Shown here piece after piece: positions 38,964 through 48,198 of a DNA stretch of 52,125 bases. Within the stretch, counting starts at the first letter, position 1, and every line of letters begins with the position of its first letter. The DNA is from Dehalococcoidia bacterium (GTDB lineage Bacteria > Chloroflexota > Dehalococcoidia > Lucifugimonadales > UBA3495), in assembly GCA_030740155.1 (NCBI GenBank), contig JASLXV010000092.1, positions 1 through 52,125 of the forward strand, in the 5' to 3' direction. The position numbers were made by a program, and so were the translations under genes. The notes beneath the pieces were generated by a model. The model saw nothing but the letters and a program-made list of their open reading frames with translations. It had not been told where the DNA came from and searched no databases.

Positions 38964-39761
38964 ATGGATCTGACACTAAAAGGTAAGACCGCCATAGTAA
39001 CCGGGGGCGGGTCCAACATCGCCCGGAGCATAGTGATGACCATGGCGGAGGAGGGGGCCAACGTCGCCATCTTCGACATTGACGGAGCGTCGGCCCAGGC
39101 GGTGGCCACCCAGGTCAAGGAAGGGGGAGCGACCGGGCGAGTGGAGGTATTCCCCACCGACGTGACCAGCCGGCAGCAGGTCGAGGACTCCATCAGCCAG
39201 GTGGTCAAGGGATTTGGCCAGGTCCACATTCTCGTTAACGGCGTCGGCTGGGACCAGATGGGCGCCTTCATGGACCAGACCCCCGATCTCCACGATAAGA
39301 TCGTTGACCTCAACTATATGGGCTCCCTCCGGTGCATACGGGCCGTGCTTCCCCACATGGTGGAGCGTGGGTACGGCCGCATCGTTAGCCTGGGGTCCGA
39401 CGCCGGGCGCATGGGGGAGTTCCATGAAGCGGTGTACTCCGGAGCCAAGGCCGCCGTCATGGCCCTCAGCAAGTCCCTGGCTCGGGAAGTGGGCAAGTTC
39501 GGTGTAACCTTGAACGTCGTCTGCCCCGGACTCACCGTCCCCGAGAGCCCCGAAGCCGTGGGATCAACCAGCATGTGGGCCGGAGGCATGGTGGACTTCT
39601 GGACGGAGGAACGCCGCGACAGCGCCAGCCGGCGCTACCCGCTACGGCGGCTGGGCGTCGCCCAAGACATCGCCAACGTGGTGGTCTTCCTGGCCTCGGA
39701 CCGGTGCAACTTCGTCACCGGGCAGACCTGGAGCGTCAGCGGCGGCTATACCATGATGTGA
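38964..39761 (+). CDS. SDR, BadH-like 2-hydroxycyclohexanecarboxyl-CoA dehydrogenase
   Basis: TGGGSNI, GVGWD, HMVERGYGRIV..GSDAGR, EAVYSGAK, NVVCPG and GQTWSVSGG motifs. Confidence 0.85.
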   Translation: MDLTLKGKTAIVTGGGSNIARSIVMTMAEEGANVAIFDIDGASAQAVATQVKEGGATGRVEVFPTDVTSRQQVEDSISQVVKGFGQVHILVNGVGWDQMGAFMDQTPDLHDKIVDLNYMGSLRCIRAVLPHMVERGYGRIVSLGSDAGRMGEFHEAVYSGAKAAVMALSKSLAREVGKFGVTLNVVCPGLTVPESPEAVGSTSMWAGGMVDFWTEERRDSASRRYPLRRLGVAQDIANVVVFLASDRCNFVTGQTWSVSGGYTMM

Positions 39762-39810
39762 CCCCGGCGGATCGCCGGGACCGCTCTCTAGAATACTCTG
39801 GGAATGTCAC

Positions 39811-39940
39811 GGCCTTGCCTTAAAACCCTTATTCCGAGGAGTCATGCCCAGGTGGGGCCCCACCAGCAGACGGGAATGGCCGGGGTGAGGGCCTGATTCC
39901 GACGGGGTGACATGTTCCAGGGTACTTTTGAGGCAAGGCC
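39811..39940. mobile_element. MITE-like element, family A, copy 3
   Basis: TIRs GGCCTTGCCTTAAAA / TTTTGAGGCAAGGCC; GAATGTC present in both flanks. Confidence 0.75.
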
Positions 39941-39963
39941 GAATGTCTTGGTGAGGGAGTAGG

Positions 39964-41112
39964 ATGCAGGTCGACCTTGGGGAGTCAGAACGAGCCTTTC
40001 AGGCGGCCTTGCGCCGGTTCGCCCGCGAGGAAGTGGGCCCGCGCGCCAAGGCGTGGGACGAAGGCCAGGGAGTAGAGCCCGAGGTGTCGCGGGCTTATGC
40101 CGAGCTTGGCGTCCCCGGCCTGCGCATCCCGCAAGAGTACGGCGGCAGTCCGGCCTCCTTTGTGATGCTGGGCATAGCCATTGAAGAGACGGCCCGCGGC
40201 GACTACGGATTCGCCGAGAACGCGTCGAGGCCGGCGATATTCGGGGAGTTCTTCAACCTCGCCCGCCCGGAGTTGTGCCGGGAATGGCTGCCTCGCATAG
40301 CCTCTCTGGAGAGCATCGGGCTCTTCGCGCTGACCGAGCCCGGCGGCGGCTCCGACGCGGCCAACATCCGGACCCACGCGGTCCGGGACGGCGACGACTG
40401 GGTCCTCACCGGGGAGAAAGCGTCCATCAGCAACGCCGGCAACGCCGACGTGGGCCTGGTGTTCGCCCGGACCGGGGAGCCCGGGGCTCGGGGAATCAGC
40501 TGCTTTCTGGTGCCCATGGGTCTGCCGGGGGTGAGCCGCCAGGTCTATGATTCGCCGGGAGGCAGGCTCGTTCAGCGGGGGAGCGTCACCCTCGACCAGG
40601 TGCGGATCCCCGCCTACAATCTGGTGGGAGAGGAGAACCAGGGCTTCTACCAGGCGATGCGCTTCTTCGACTACAACCGGGCCATCGTGGCCCTTCAGTC
40701 GCTGGGAGCCGCCCAAGAGTGTATCGACGAGACCATCAACTACGTCAAGGGCCGGACCACCTTCGGGCGGCCGCTGGCCAAGTACGAGGGTGTCTCGTTT
40801 CAATTGGCGGAATTCATTACCAGGACGGAGGCGGCGCGGCTTCTGTGTTATCAAGCCCTCTCCAAAAAGGACCGCGGGGAGCCTTGCGGCAAGGAAACCG
40901 CCATGGCCAAATGGTTTGGCACATCGACGGCCTTCCAGGTTATCCACGGCTGTCTCCTGCTCCACGGTCACTATGGCTACAATAAAGACCTCCCTTTCGA
41001 GCGGCGTCTGCGCGACGTGATGGGGGCCGAGACCGCCGATGGCACCATCGAGATTATGAAGCTGATCATTGCCCGGGAGACTATCGGCCCGGAGGCGGTG
41101 CCCTACCGGTAG
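39964..41112 (+). CDS. acyl-CoA dehydrogenase, cyclohexanecarboxyl-CoA dehydrogenase (AliB/BadJ)-like
   Basis: LTEPGGGSDAAN, GEKASIS, FARTG, RGS, FDYNRA, CLLLHGHYGY and RLRDVMG.E.ADGT motifs. Confidence 0.88.
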   Translation: MQVDLGESERAFQAALRRFAREEVGPRAKAWDEGQGVEPEVSRAYAELGVPGLRIPQEYGGSPASFVMLGIAIEETARGDYGFAENASRPAIFGEFFNLARPELCREWLPRIASLESIGLFALTEPGGGSDAANIRTHAVRDGDDWVLTGEKASISNAGNADVGLVFARTGEPGARGISCFLVPMGLPGVSRQVYDSPGGRLVQRGSVTLDQVRIPAYNLVGEENQGFYQAMRFFDYNRAIVALQSLGAAQECIDETINYVKGRTTFGRPLAKYEGVSFQLAEFITRTEAARLLCYQALSKKDRGEPCGKETAMAKWFGTSTAFQVIHGCLLLHGHYGYNKDLPFERRLRDVMGAETADGTIEIMKLIIARETIGPEAVPYR

Positions 41113-41176
41113 AGGATTTAGTTAGACCATTCACTTGCCGGCCCTCGAACAAGCTGCTAAACCTGGCAAGGGGGAT

Positions 41177-41310
41177 CTAGTGGCCAGTCAACCTCGTTTT
41201 GGCAGGATGTCATTCTGAGGAGCGCAGGGACGAAGAATCTCAGCGTAACAACGAGATTCTTCGCTTCGCTCTGAATGACAACTATCAGCAATAGGTTGAC
41301 TGAGTACTAG
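41177..41310. mobile_element. MITE-like element (CTAG-flanked, IS630-like ends) enclosing a REP hairpin
   Basis: CTAGTGGCCAGTCAACCT ... AGGTTGACTGAGTACTAG; internal TGTCATTCTGAG..GAAGAATCTC / GAGATTCTTCG..TGAATGACA. Confidence 0.7.
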
Positions 41311-41375
41311 CCCATCAACCAAGCTCTCGATCAAGGTCCCCTGTCGGTTCAAGGGCCGGCACTAGACTCAGGGCG

Positions 41376-43043
41376 ATGGGAGAAATGAAAATGCTGCAAA
41401 CACCGCCTGAGCTGATCGAGCACTATCGCCGGCAAGGCTGGTGGGGCGACACGGTGATCACCGACTACCTGGACCGGTGGGTCGAGGCGAAGCCCGACCG
41501 AGTGGCCCTGGTCTCCCACTTCTATACCACGGACCGGGCGGTGACCCTGAGCTATCGCCAATTCTCCCGCCTGGTGGACCGGACCGCCTGGACTCTGTTG
41601 GACTTGGGGGTGGAGCCGGGGGATCGGGTGGCGGTCCAACTCCCCAACTGGTGGCACTACACCCTCTTCTACCTGGCCTGTGTTCGCATCGGGGCGACCA
41701 TCGTCCCCATCACTCCCATAATGCGTCACCGGCAGATCCGGCTCATGCTAAGCCGGACCGAAGCGCGGGCGATGGTGGTCCCCTCAACCTACCGGAGCTT
41801 CGACTACGCCGGAATGATGCAAGAGCTTGCCGGGGAGTTGCCCCATCTCAAGACGGTAATCGTCGTCGGGGAACCCGTGCCCCAAGGGATGTACTCCTTC
41901 GACGCTGAAATCCTGGACCGCCGGCGAGAGGCGGGCCGTTCCGAGGCGGAGTTGCGCAAGCTCCGCCCCGACCCCGTGCAGGGCCTGGGCGCCATCTGCT
42001 TCACCTCGGGCACCACGGGAGAGCCGAAGGGAGTGATGCATACCCACGCGACCTTGATGTACCATTGTGTGGGCCACAACTCGGTCCTGGGCCTCACCCA
42101 GGAAGACAAGATCCTCATGGGCTCTCCGCTGGGCCATCTCACCGGTTTTGGCTACGGCGTCAACATGCCCCTGGTGCTGGGGGCCAAGACCGTGTACATG
42201 GACGTTTGGGACCCCGAGACGGCGGTGCGCCTCATCGCCGAGGAGGGAGTGACCTGGACCATGGGCGCCACCCCCTTCCTGATGGACCTCATCCGGGCCA
42301 GCGCTCCGAACCTGTATGATATCTCCGCCCTCCGTTACTTCATCTGCGCCGGGGCCCCCATCCCCGCCGCCTTGGTCGAAGAGGCGCATGAAACCCTGCC
42401 CTGCCGGGTTATTTCCGCCTGGGGCATGACCGAGGACGGCGCCGTGACCTTCATCCGGCCCGAGGACCCACCGTCTCGGGCGGCGGAGAGCGACGGCCTT
42501 CCTATTCCGGGCATGGAGGTGCGCGTCGTCGACCCCGCCACGCGGGAACCGCTGCCTTCCGGGAGAGAGGGGTTGCTGGTGGCGCGGGGGCCCGGCCAGT
42601 TCGTCGGCTACTACAAGCGGGCCGACCTCTGGGAGGAAGCCCACGACGCCGAAGGGTGGTTCGAGACCGGGGACCAGGCCCGCATCGACGACGACGGCTA
42701 CATCCGCATCACCGGGCGGTTGAAGGACATCATCATTCGAGGCGGAGAAAACATCCCCGTGGTGGAGGTCGAGGAGATCCTGTTTCGCCACCCTAAAGTG
42801 CGGGAGGTGGCGGTAGTGGCCACGGAGGTCTCCCGGATGGGCGAGCGGGCCTGCGCCTGCGTGGTGCTGGAACCCGGGGAAACCATGGCCTTCGCGGACC
42901 TCCTGGACTGGTTCGCCCGAAGCCAGACCGCCAAGCAGTACTGGCCCGAGGACCTGCAGGTCTTTGACGAGCTTCCCAAAACGCCATCGGGTAAGATTCA
43001 GAAGTTTATGCTGCGGGAGTGGGTCACCGCCCGCGGCGAGTAG
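41376..43043 (+). CDS. acyl-CoA ligase, cyclohexanecarboxylate-CoA ligase (AliA)-like
   Basis: QLPNWW, FTSGTTGEPKGVMHT, SPLGHLTGFGYG, TMGATPFL, AGAPIP, AWGMTE, GRLKDIIIRGGENIP and PKTPSGKIQKF motifs. Confidence 0.9.
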   Translation: MGEMKMLQTPPELIEHYRRQGWWGDTVITDYLDRWVEAKPDRVALVSHFYTTDRAVTLSYRQFSRLVDRTAWTLLDLGVEPGDRVAVQLPNWWHYTLFYLACVRIGATIVPITPIMRHRQIRLMLSRTEARAMVVPSTYRSFDYAGMMQELAGELPHLKTVIVVGEPVPQGMYSFDAEILDRRREAGRSEAELRKLRPDPVQGLGAICFTSGTTGEPKGVMHTHATLMYHCVGHNSVLGLTQEDKILMGSPLGHLTGFGYGVNMPLVLGAKTVYMDVWDPETAVRLIAEEGVTWTMGATPFLMDLIRASAPNLYDISALRYFICAGAPIPAALVEEAHETLPCRVISAWGMTEDGAVTFIRPEDPPSRAAESDGLPIPGMEVRVVDPATREPLPSGREGLLVARGPGQFVGYYKRADLWEEAHDAEGWFETGDQARIDDDGYIRITGRLKDIIIRGGENIPVVEVEEILFRHPKVREVAVVATEVSRMGERACACVVLEPGETMAFADLLDWFARSQTAKQYWPEDLQVFDELPKTPSGKIQKFMLREWVTARGE

Positions 43044-43332
43044 GACCGGAGAGTACCTCCTGCAATCCGCCGCCCTGGTATGCCGGTTGTAAGGACCGGT
43101 TGTAAAGACCGTGGTTGGGACGGGCCGGTCTCCCGCGCGCCCGGGGAACGGCCCGGTTTCTTTGAGACTCTCAGTTCGATAGAATGGGCTCACCGCCGAC
43201 CGGCGAGAGCCGCACATCAATTTGGAAGGCCCGGGGGAAATCTCCAGAAGAACTAGGCGCCGGGTCCGAGTACGTCTCAGAACGCGGACCCCACTCATAT
43301 GGAGGTGCTGGATAACCATTGAAAGGAGATCG

Positions 43333-44151
43333 ATGCTGAATCATTTAAGCCTGGAGGGAAAGACGGTCATCATCACCGGCGGGGGCACCGGCCTGGGCCG
43401 CGAGATGGCGGTCCAGCTTGCCGCCGCCGGAGCCGACCTGGCCCTGGCGGGCCGCCGTCCCGACCCACTGGAACAGGTGGCTACGGAGGTGCGGGCCCTG
43501 GGACGCCGCGCCATGGCCATCTCCACCGACATCACGGACTCCGCTCAGGTGAACCGGATGGTCGAGTCGGTGCTGGAAACCCTGGGGCCGGTGGACGTGC
43601 TGGTGAACAACGCCGGCCAGCCCGCCGAACCGCTACGTCATATATGGGATATCACCGATGCCCAATGGCACGCCGGCATGGACGCCAATCTTACCGGCGC
43701 TTTCTACTGCTGCCGGGCGGTGATCAAGTCCATGACCGAGCGTGGACGGGGCCGGATCATCAACGTCTCCTCCCATTTCGGCATGCGGGGGGTGCGGGGC
43801 CAGTACGTTTACACCACGGCCAAGGGCGGACTGATCAACCTCACCCGCACCCTCGCGGTTAGCCTGTCTCGCGAGGGGATCACCTGCGTCGCCCTGGTGC
43901 CCGGCGCCTTCTACACTGAAGCCACCGCCCCTTCCCGGGAGGCCATGCCCAATACCGGGCACGTGCCCGTGGGCTACTTCGGCGATGCGGCGCAAATCGG
44001 CCCCGCGGTGGTATTCCTGGCCTCGGACGCCTCCGAGTATTTTAACGGGGAGGTTTTTCCCATCGACGGAGGCGTGCTGGCCGGCGGGATTTCCCCCACG
44101 GGATACGCCCCCCTGATACCCGGTGCAGCCGGCACAACGGGAGGTCGGTGA
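43333..44151 (+). CDS. short-chain dehydrogenase/reductase
   Basis: TGGGTGLG, NNAG and YTTAK motifs; SD AAGGAG. Confidence 0.9.
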   Translation: MLNHLSLEGKTVIITGGGTGLGREMAVQLAAAGADLALAGRRPDPLEQVATEVRALGRRAMAISTDITDSAQVNRMVESVLETLGPVDVLVNNAGQPAEPLRHIWDITDAQWHAGMDANLTGAFYCCRAVIKSMTERGRGRIINVSSHFGMRGVRGQYVYTTAKGGLINLTRTLAVSLSREGITCVALVPGAFYTEATAPSREAMPNTGHVPVGYFGDAAQIGPAVVFLASDASEYFNGEVFPIDGGVLAGGISPTGYAPLIPGAAGTTGGR

Positions 44152-44912
44152 TGCCGGTTCCTTCCGATTGGGACCTGAACGGGAAGGCAGCCCTGGTCAC
44201 CACCGGCGGCCACTTCGCCACTCCTTCCCTGGCGGCGGCCCTGGCTGAGGCGGGGGCCAAGGTGGCCGTGGCTGGAGGTCCGGCCGAAGCCCTGGAGGCG
44301 GCCCGCCGGGCCACCGAACGCTACTCCTCGGATACCGTTGTCATACCGGCGGACGTGAATGACCCGGCCGGGGTGCGGCGCGCCGTCGCCAGAGCGTTGG
44401 ACGCCCACGGCCGCCTGGACGCCCTAGTGAACAACTGCCAGGTCATGGCTGCCAAACCGTTTTTGGAGACCACGCCCCAGGAGTTTGACCAGTTGCTGGC
44501 CCAGAACCTGCGGAGCGTCTTTCTCTTCTGCCAGGCAGCGGGAGAGCACATGCTGGACCAGGGCTGGGGACGGATCGTCAACGTCAGCTCGATGATGGCG
44601 GATCGGGGCGTCGCTAACATGGCGCCATACTGCGCCAGCATGGGGGGAGTGGTCCAACTTACCAAGGCGCTGGGGTTGGAATGGAGCCGGCGCGGAGTAC
44701 GGGTTAACGGCATCGGCCCCGGCTGGTTCATCGGCGAGGAGCAGGCATTGGAGGAGCAGCAGAAGGAACTCCTGGTGCGGTTTCTGCCGTCGCGCCGCTA
44801 CGGCCACCCGAGGGACCTGGCGGGGCTTCTGGTCTATCTTTGCTCCGAGGCTTGCGACCTGGTCACGGGTCACACCCTCTTCGTGGATGGCGGGGCCATG
44901 GCGCGATTGTAG
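44148..44912 (+). CDS. SDR-fold protein with degenerate cofactor-binding and catalytic motifs
   Basis: TTGGHFAT in place of TGxxxGxG; YCASM in place of YxxxK; VNGIGPG and TGHTLFVDGG retained; GTGA overlap with the upstream SDR. Confidence 0.85.
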   Translation: MMPVPSDWDLNGKAALVTTGGHFATPSLAAALAEAGAKVAVAGGPAEALEAARRATERYSSDTVVIPADVNDPAGVRRAVARALDAHGRLDALVNNCQVMAAKPFLETTPQEFDQLLAQNLRSVFLFCQAAGEHMLDQGWGRIVNVSSMMADRGVANMAPYCASMGGVVQLTKALGLEWSRRGVRVNGIGPGWFIGEEQALEEQQKELLVRFLPSRRYGHPRDLAGLLVYLCSEACDLVTGHTLFVDGGAMARL

Positions 44913-44924
44913 AAGTTGCGGCAT

Positions 44925-45021
44925 TTTGGAGGACCTCTTTCTTGCAAGAAAGAGGTCCTCCAAACCTCTCCAGAAAGAACCGAGGCCGGTGAGACTTCTT
45001 TCGGAACAGAAGTCTCACCGG
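44925..45021. repeat. perfect 40-bp palindrome plus a 14-bp-stem hairpin
   Basis: TTTGGAGGACCTCTTTCTTG|CAAGAAAGAGGTCCTCCAAA (44925-44964); CCGGTGAGACTTCT-N8-AGAAGTCTCACCGG (44986-45021). Confidence 0.85.
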
Positions 45022-45058
45022 AAAGCTCAAGCGGAAGCCAAACATTTGGAGGTCTGAT

Positions 45059-45832
45059 ATGCCCTACGAAACGATTATTTACGAGAAGAAAGGCGGCCTG
45101 GTTGACATAACCCTGAACCGGCCGGACCGCCTCAACGCCGCGAACCTGCAGCTGGCCCGGGAAATGACCCAGGCCATCGGAGAGATCGAGGCCGATGATG
45201 AGGTCCGGGTTATGATCCTCCACGGAGCCGGCCGCGCTTTCTGCGCTGGCGCCGACATCAAGGCCATGGCCGAAGGGGAACTGTCGGGGGAACTGGTCCA
45301 CCGCATGACCGCGCTCTGCACTCGTTTGGAGGGTCTGGGCAAGATCAGCATCGCGGCGGTGAACGGGTACGCCACCGGCGGCGGCTGCGAGATGGCGCTG
45401 GCCTGCGACCTTCGGCTGGCGGCGGACGTCGCCCGCTTCGGGCTGCCCGAGGTGAAGCTGGGTCTCCTGCCGGGGTCCGGCGGCACCCAGCGGCTTCCCC
45501 GGATCATCGGCGCGGGACGGGCCAAGTGGGTGATGTACACCGGCGAATTCGTCGACGCGGAAACCGCCCTTCAATGGGGGCTGGTCAACCAGGTGGTGCC
45601 CGGAGACCAGCTTCTGGAAGAGGCCGGAAAGCTGGCCCAGACGCTGCTGGAACGACCCCCTCTGGCGCTACGGCTCATCAAGAGCTGCATCGACGTCGGC
45701 TCCCAGATGGACCTGCGCTCCGGGCTCGAATACGAGGGGCGTTGCATCCAGATCCTCGAGGCCTCCGAGGACGCCCAGGAGGGACTGCGGGCCTTCGTCG
45801 AAAAGAGAGCGGGAAACTTTACTGGCCGGTAA
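45059..45832 (+). CDS. enoyl-CoA hydratase (crotonase; candidate BadK equivalent)
   Basis: AFCAGADI, GGGCEMALACD and PEVKLGLLPGSGGTQRL, with both catalytic Glu residues. Confidence 0.9.
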   Translation: MPYETIIYEKKGGLVDITLNRPDRLNAANLQLAREMTQAIGEIEADDEVRVMILHGAGRAFCAGADIKAMAEGELSGELVHRMTALCTRLEGLGKISIAAVNGYATGGGCEMALACDLRLAADVARFGLPEVKLGLLPGSGGTQRLPRIIGAGRAKWVMYTGEFVDAETALQWGLVNQVVPGDQLLEEAGKLAQTLLERPPLALRLIKSCIDVGSQMDLRSGLEYEGRCIQILEASEDAQEGLRAFVEKRAGNFTGR

Positions 45833-45967
45833 AGACGCGGCCGGCCCGCCCGGTGCGGTGGTGTGCGCTGGGCTTGGCCTCATAACGCGGACGCCGGGCT
45901 CCAGGCACGGCGTGTGGTACAATTCGTCTCGGCGCCCAATCTGGTTATGTATTCAGGAGTCATTTCG

Positions 45968-47068
45968 ATGCTTGATCGGTTCAAAGTCCCCCATGGGGAT
46001 GAAATCCGGGTACCCCACGAGTCGCTACGGGAGACGGTCACCGCCATCTTCGAGAAGATGGGCGTGACGCCGGAGGACGCGGCCCAAGGCGCCGATGTCC
46101 TGGTTTCGACCGACCTGCGGGGGGTGGAGACCCACGGCGTCTCCAACATGCTCCGAAACTACGTCAAGGCGTACAACGAGGGCGGTCTCAAATCCCGGCC
46201 CAACTGGAAGATAGTTCGAGAGACCCCGGCAACGGCGACTATGGACGCCGACGGGGCGCTGGGGATCATGATATGCCCCATTGCAATGCGACTCGCCATC
46301 AAGAAGGCCAAGGAAGTGGGAATCGGCGCGGTGTCCATGTACAACGCGGGCCACTCGGGCGCCATCGGTCACCACGCCATGATGGCGGCAAAAGAGGGCA
46401 TGGTCGGCATGGCCATGACGGCCAGCGGCCTTCAGGTGGTGCCCACCTTCGCCGCCGAAGGACGCCTGGGAACGAACCCGATCGCCATTGCGGCGCCGGC
46501 CGGCAAAGAGGCTCCCTTCCTTTTCGATGCCGCCACCTCGGCCATCGCCGGGAACAAGCTGGGGTTGGCCGCCAGGGTTGGGGCGAAGCTCCTGCCGGGT
46601 TGGGTCGCCGAACTGGATGGCTCTCCCATCACCGAGGAGATTCCCGTTAGAGGGCGCGGCGAGTACTATCAGCTTCCTCTGGGCAGCACCAGGGAGGGGA
46701 GTTCTCACAAGGGCTACGGCTTCGCGATGATGTCCGAGATCATGGCGACCATGCTGTCGGGGGTGCTTCCCCCCATGGTCGCGGGCCGGGGCATGGGCGG
46801 AGTCGGTTCCCGCCACTACTTTTCCGCCTACAGCATCGAGGCGTTCACCGACCTCGACACCTTCAAAGACAACATGGACCAGATGCTGCAAACCCTCAAG
46901 GAGACCAAGCCGGCCCCCGGCCACGACCGGGTCCTGTACGCCGGGCTCTCGGAGTACGAGGAGGAGCAGGACCGGAGGGCCAATGGGATTCCCCTGCACA
47001 AAGAGGTCATCCAGTGGTTCGAGGACATCACCGGCGAGTTGTCCATCCCCCGCCTCAAGACCATGTGA
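45968..47068 (+). CDS. Ldh_2 family (type 2 malate/L-lactate dehydrogenase-like) oxidoreductase
   Basis: DLRGVETHG, HSGAIG, LGTNPIA, FDAATS and SHKGYG motifs. Confidence 0.9.
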   Translation: MLDRFKVPHGDEIRVPHESLRETVTAIFEKMGVTPEDAAQGADVLVSTDLRGVETHGVSNMLRNYVKAYNEGGLKSRPNWKIVRETPATATMDADGALGIMICPIAMRLAIKKAKEVGIGAVSMYNAGHSGAIGHHAMMAAKEGMVGMAMTASGLQVVPTFAAEGRLGTNPIAIAAPAGKEAPFLFDAATSAIAGNKLGLAARVGAKLLPGWVAELDGSPITEEIPVRGRGEYYQLPLGSTREGSSHKGYGFAMMSEIMATMLSGVLPPMVAGRGMGGVGSRHYFSAYSIEAFTDLDTFKDNMDQMLQTLKETKPAPGHDRVLYAGLSEYEEEQDRRANGIPLHKEVIQWFEDITGELSIPRLKTM

Positions 47069-47218
47069 CGCCGCGTCCTTAACCTCCGGCCTTGCCAGTA
47101 CCGGTAGCGCCCGTGTCCCACCGTTGTGGGCCGGGCGCTTTGACTTAGACGCCGGCTCGCTGACAAGGCAGCTTCATGGACAGCATCTCAGCTCTGCGGG
47201 GTGGGAGTTGGTTGGAAG

Positions 47219-47439
47219 GGCTTTGCCTCTAACCCGTCGCTCCGCAGAGCGAGGTTAGGGCGTCATTCTGCCAGAGAAGGTACAGCGTTATTCCGCAGAG
47301 CGAAGCTACGCTGTCATTCCGAGGAGCGGAGCGACGAGGAATCTGGTGCGGGGTCCTTCCATCGCAGCCTGCACCCCCCACCCCAGATCCTTCGCGTCAC
47401 ACGGGGTGACATATTTCTGGCTACTCTTGAAGCGAGGCC
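47219..47439. mobile_element. MITE-like element, family A, copy 4, expanded by degenerate internal REP units
   Basis: GGCTTTGCCTC ... CTTGAAGCGAGGCC; core TGTCATTCCGAGGAGCG.AGCGACGAGGA..GGGGTGACAT shared with copy 2. Confidence 0.65.
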
Positions 47440-47766
47440 GCTCGGAGAGGAATCTCGGGCGCTGCCGCCAGGAATATTGTTTCGGGTAGCGGTGCGCTCC
47501 CGGTCTGCCACGTCCCCTTACTGGGAAACGGCCACCGCCGACCCTGAATGGGCTAATGGTCTGGGCCTCCAGGCGTCAACGTAGGTCCCGCGATGCCCGT
47601 GCCAATCGACCAGCACCCGGTTATCGGCATGGGTGATTGTGAAACGCTCCGAGCGCAATCACGGCGCCATTCCACATGGACAACACCATGCGAGAATGCG
47701 ATACTTCGCCCGCGGCAACTGCATCTCTGATGGCCGGGTAAACAAACAGACGGATGGAATAAGGCA

Positions 47767-48198
47767 ATGGGCATTGAAGATGTGGAGATCGATTTCCTGA
47801 TCCTCGCCGACCAGGCGGAGGTGCTCAACGGCAAGCTTTATATGATGGGTGGCGCCTGGGACCGGCGCATGATTCGAGATATCAAGGTGCCCGTTGGGAT
47901 CTCGATGGTCATCGGTGTCCTGGTACCCTGGACCCTGACCAATCAGCAGCATAGCCTGCAGATCAAATTGGTTGATGGGGATGGCAACACCATTGGCCAG
48001 CAGGCGGCCGCCAGCATCGCGGTGGGCCGTCCGATTGGGGCAACTGCAGGCCAGAGCTTTAGGGCAATGGCAGTCATAAATGGGAGCTGGACCCTTCCGG
48101 GATATGGAGCGTATTCCGCGATCGTGACGGTATCCGATCGGACCGAAAAGCGGGTTGTATTCTACGCCGTCGAACCCAGTGGTGAACCTGGCGGCTAG
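47767..48198 (+). CDS. conserved hypothetical protein (DUF6941-like)
   Basis: FLILAD.A....GKLYMMGG.WD N-terminal motif; beta-rich; PGYGAY near the C-terminus. Confidence 0.65.
   Translation: MGIEDVEIDFLILADQAEVLNGKLYMMGGAWDRRMIRDIKVPVGISMVIGVLVPWTLTNQQHSLQIKLVDGDGNTIGQQAAASIAVGRPIGATAGQSFRAMAVINGSWTLPGYGAYSAIVTVSDRTEKRVVFYAVEPSGEPGG

Noticed and set aside
47240..47345. CRISPR array
   Set aside because: Units are short, degenerate REP fragments without unique spacers, and no cas genes are present in the window.
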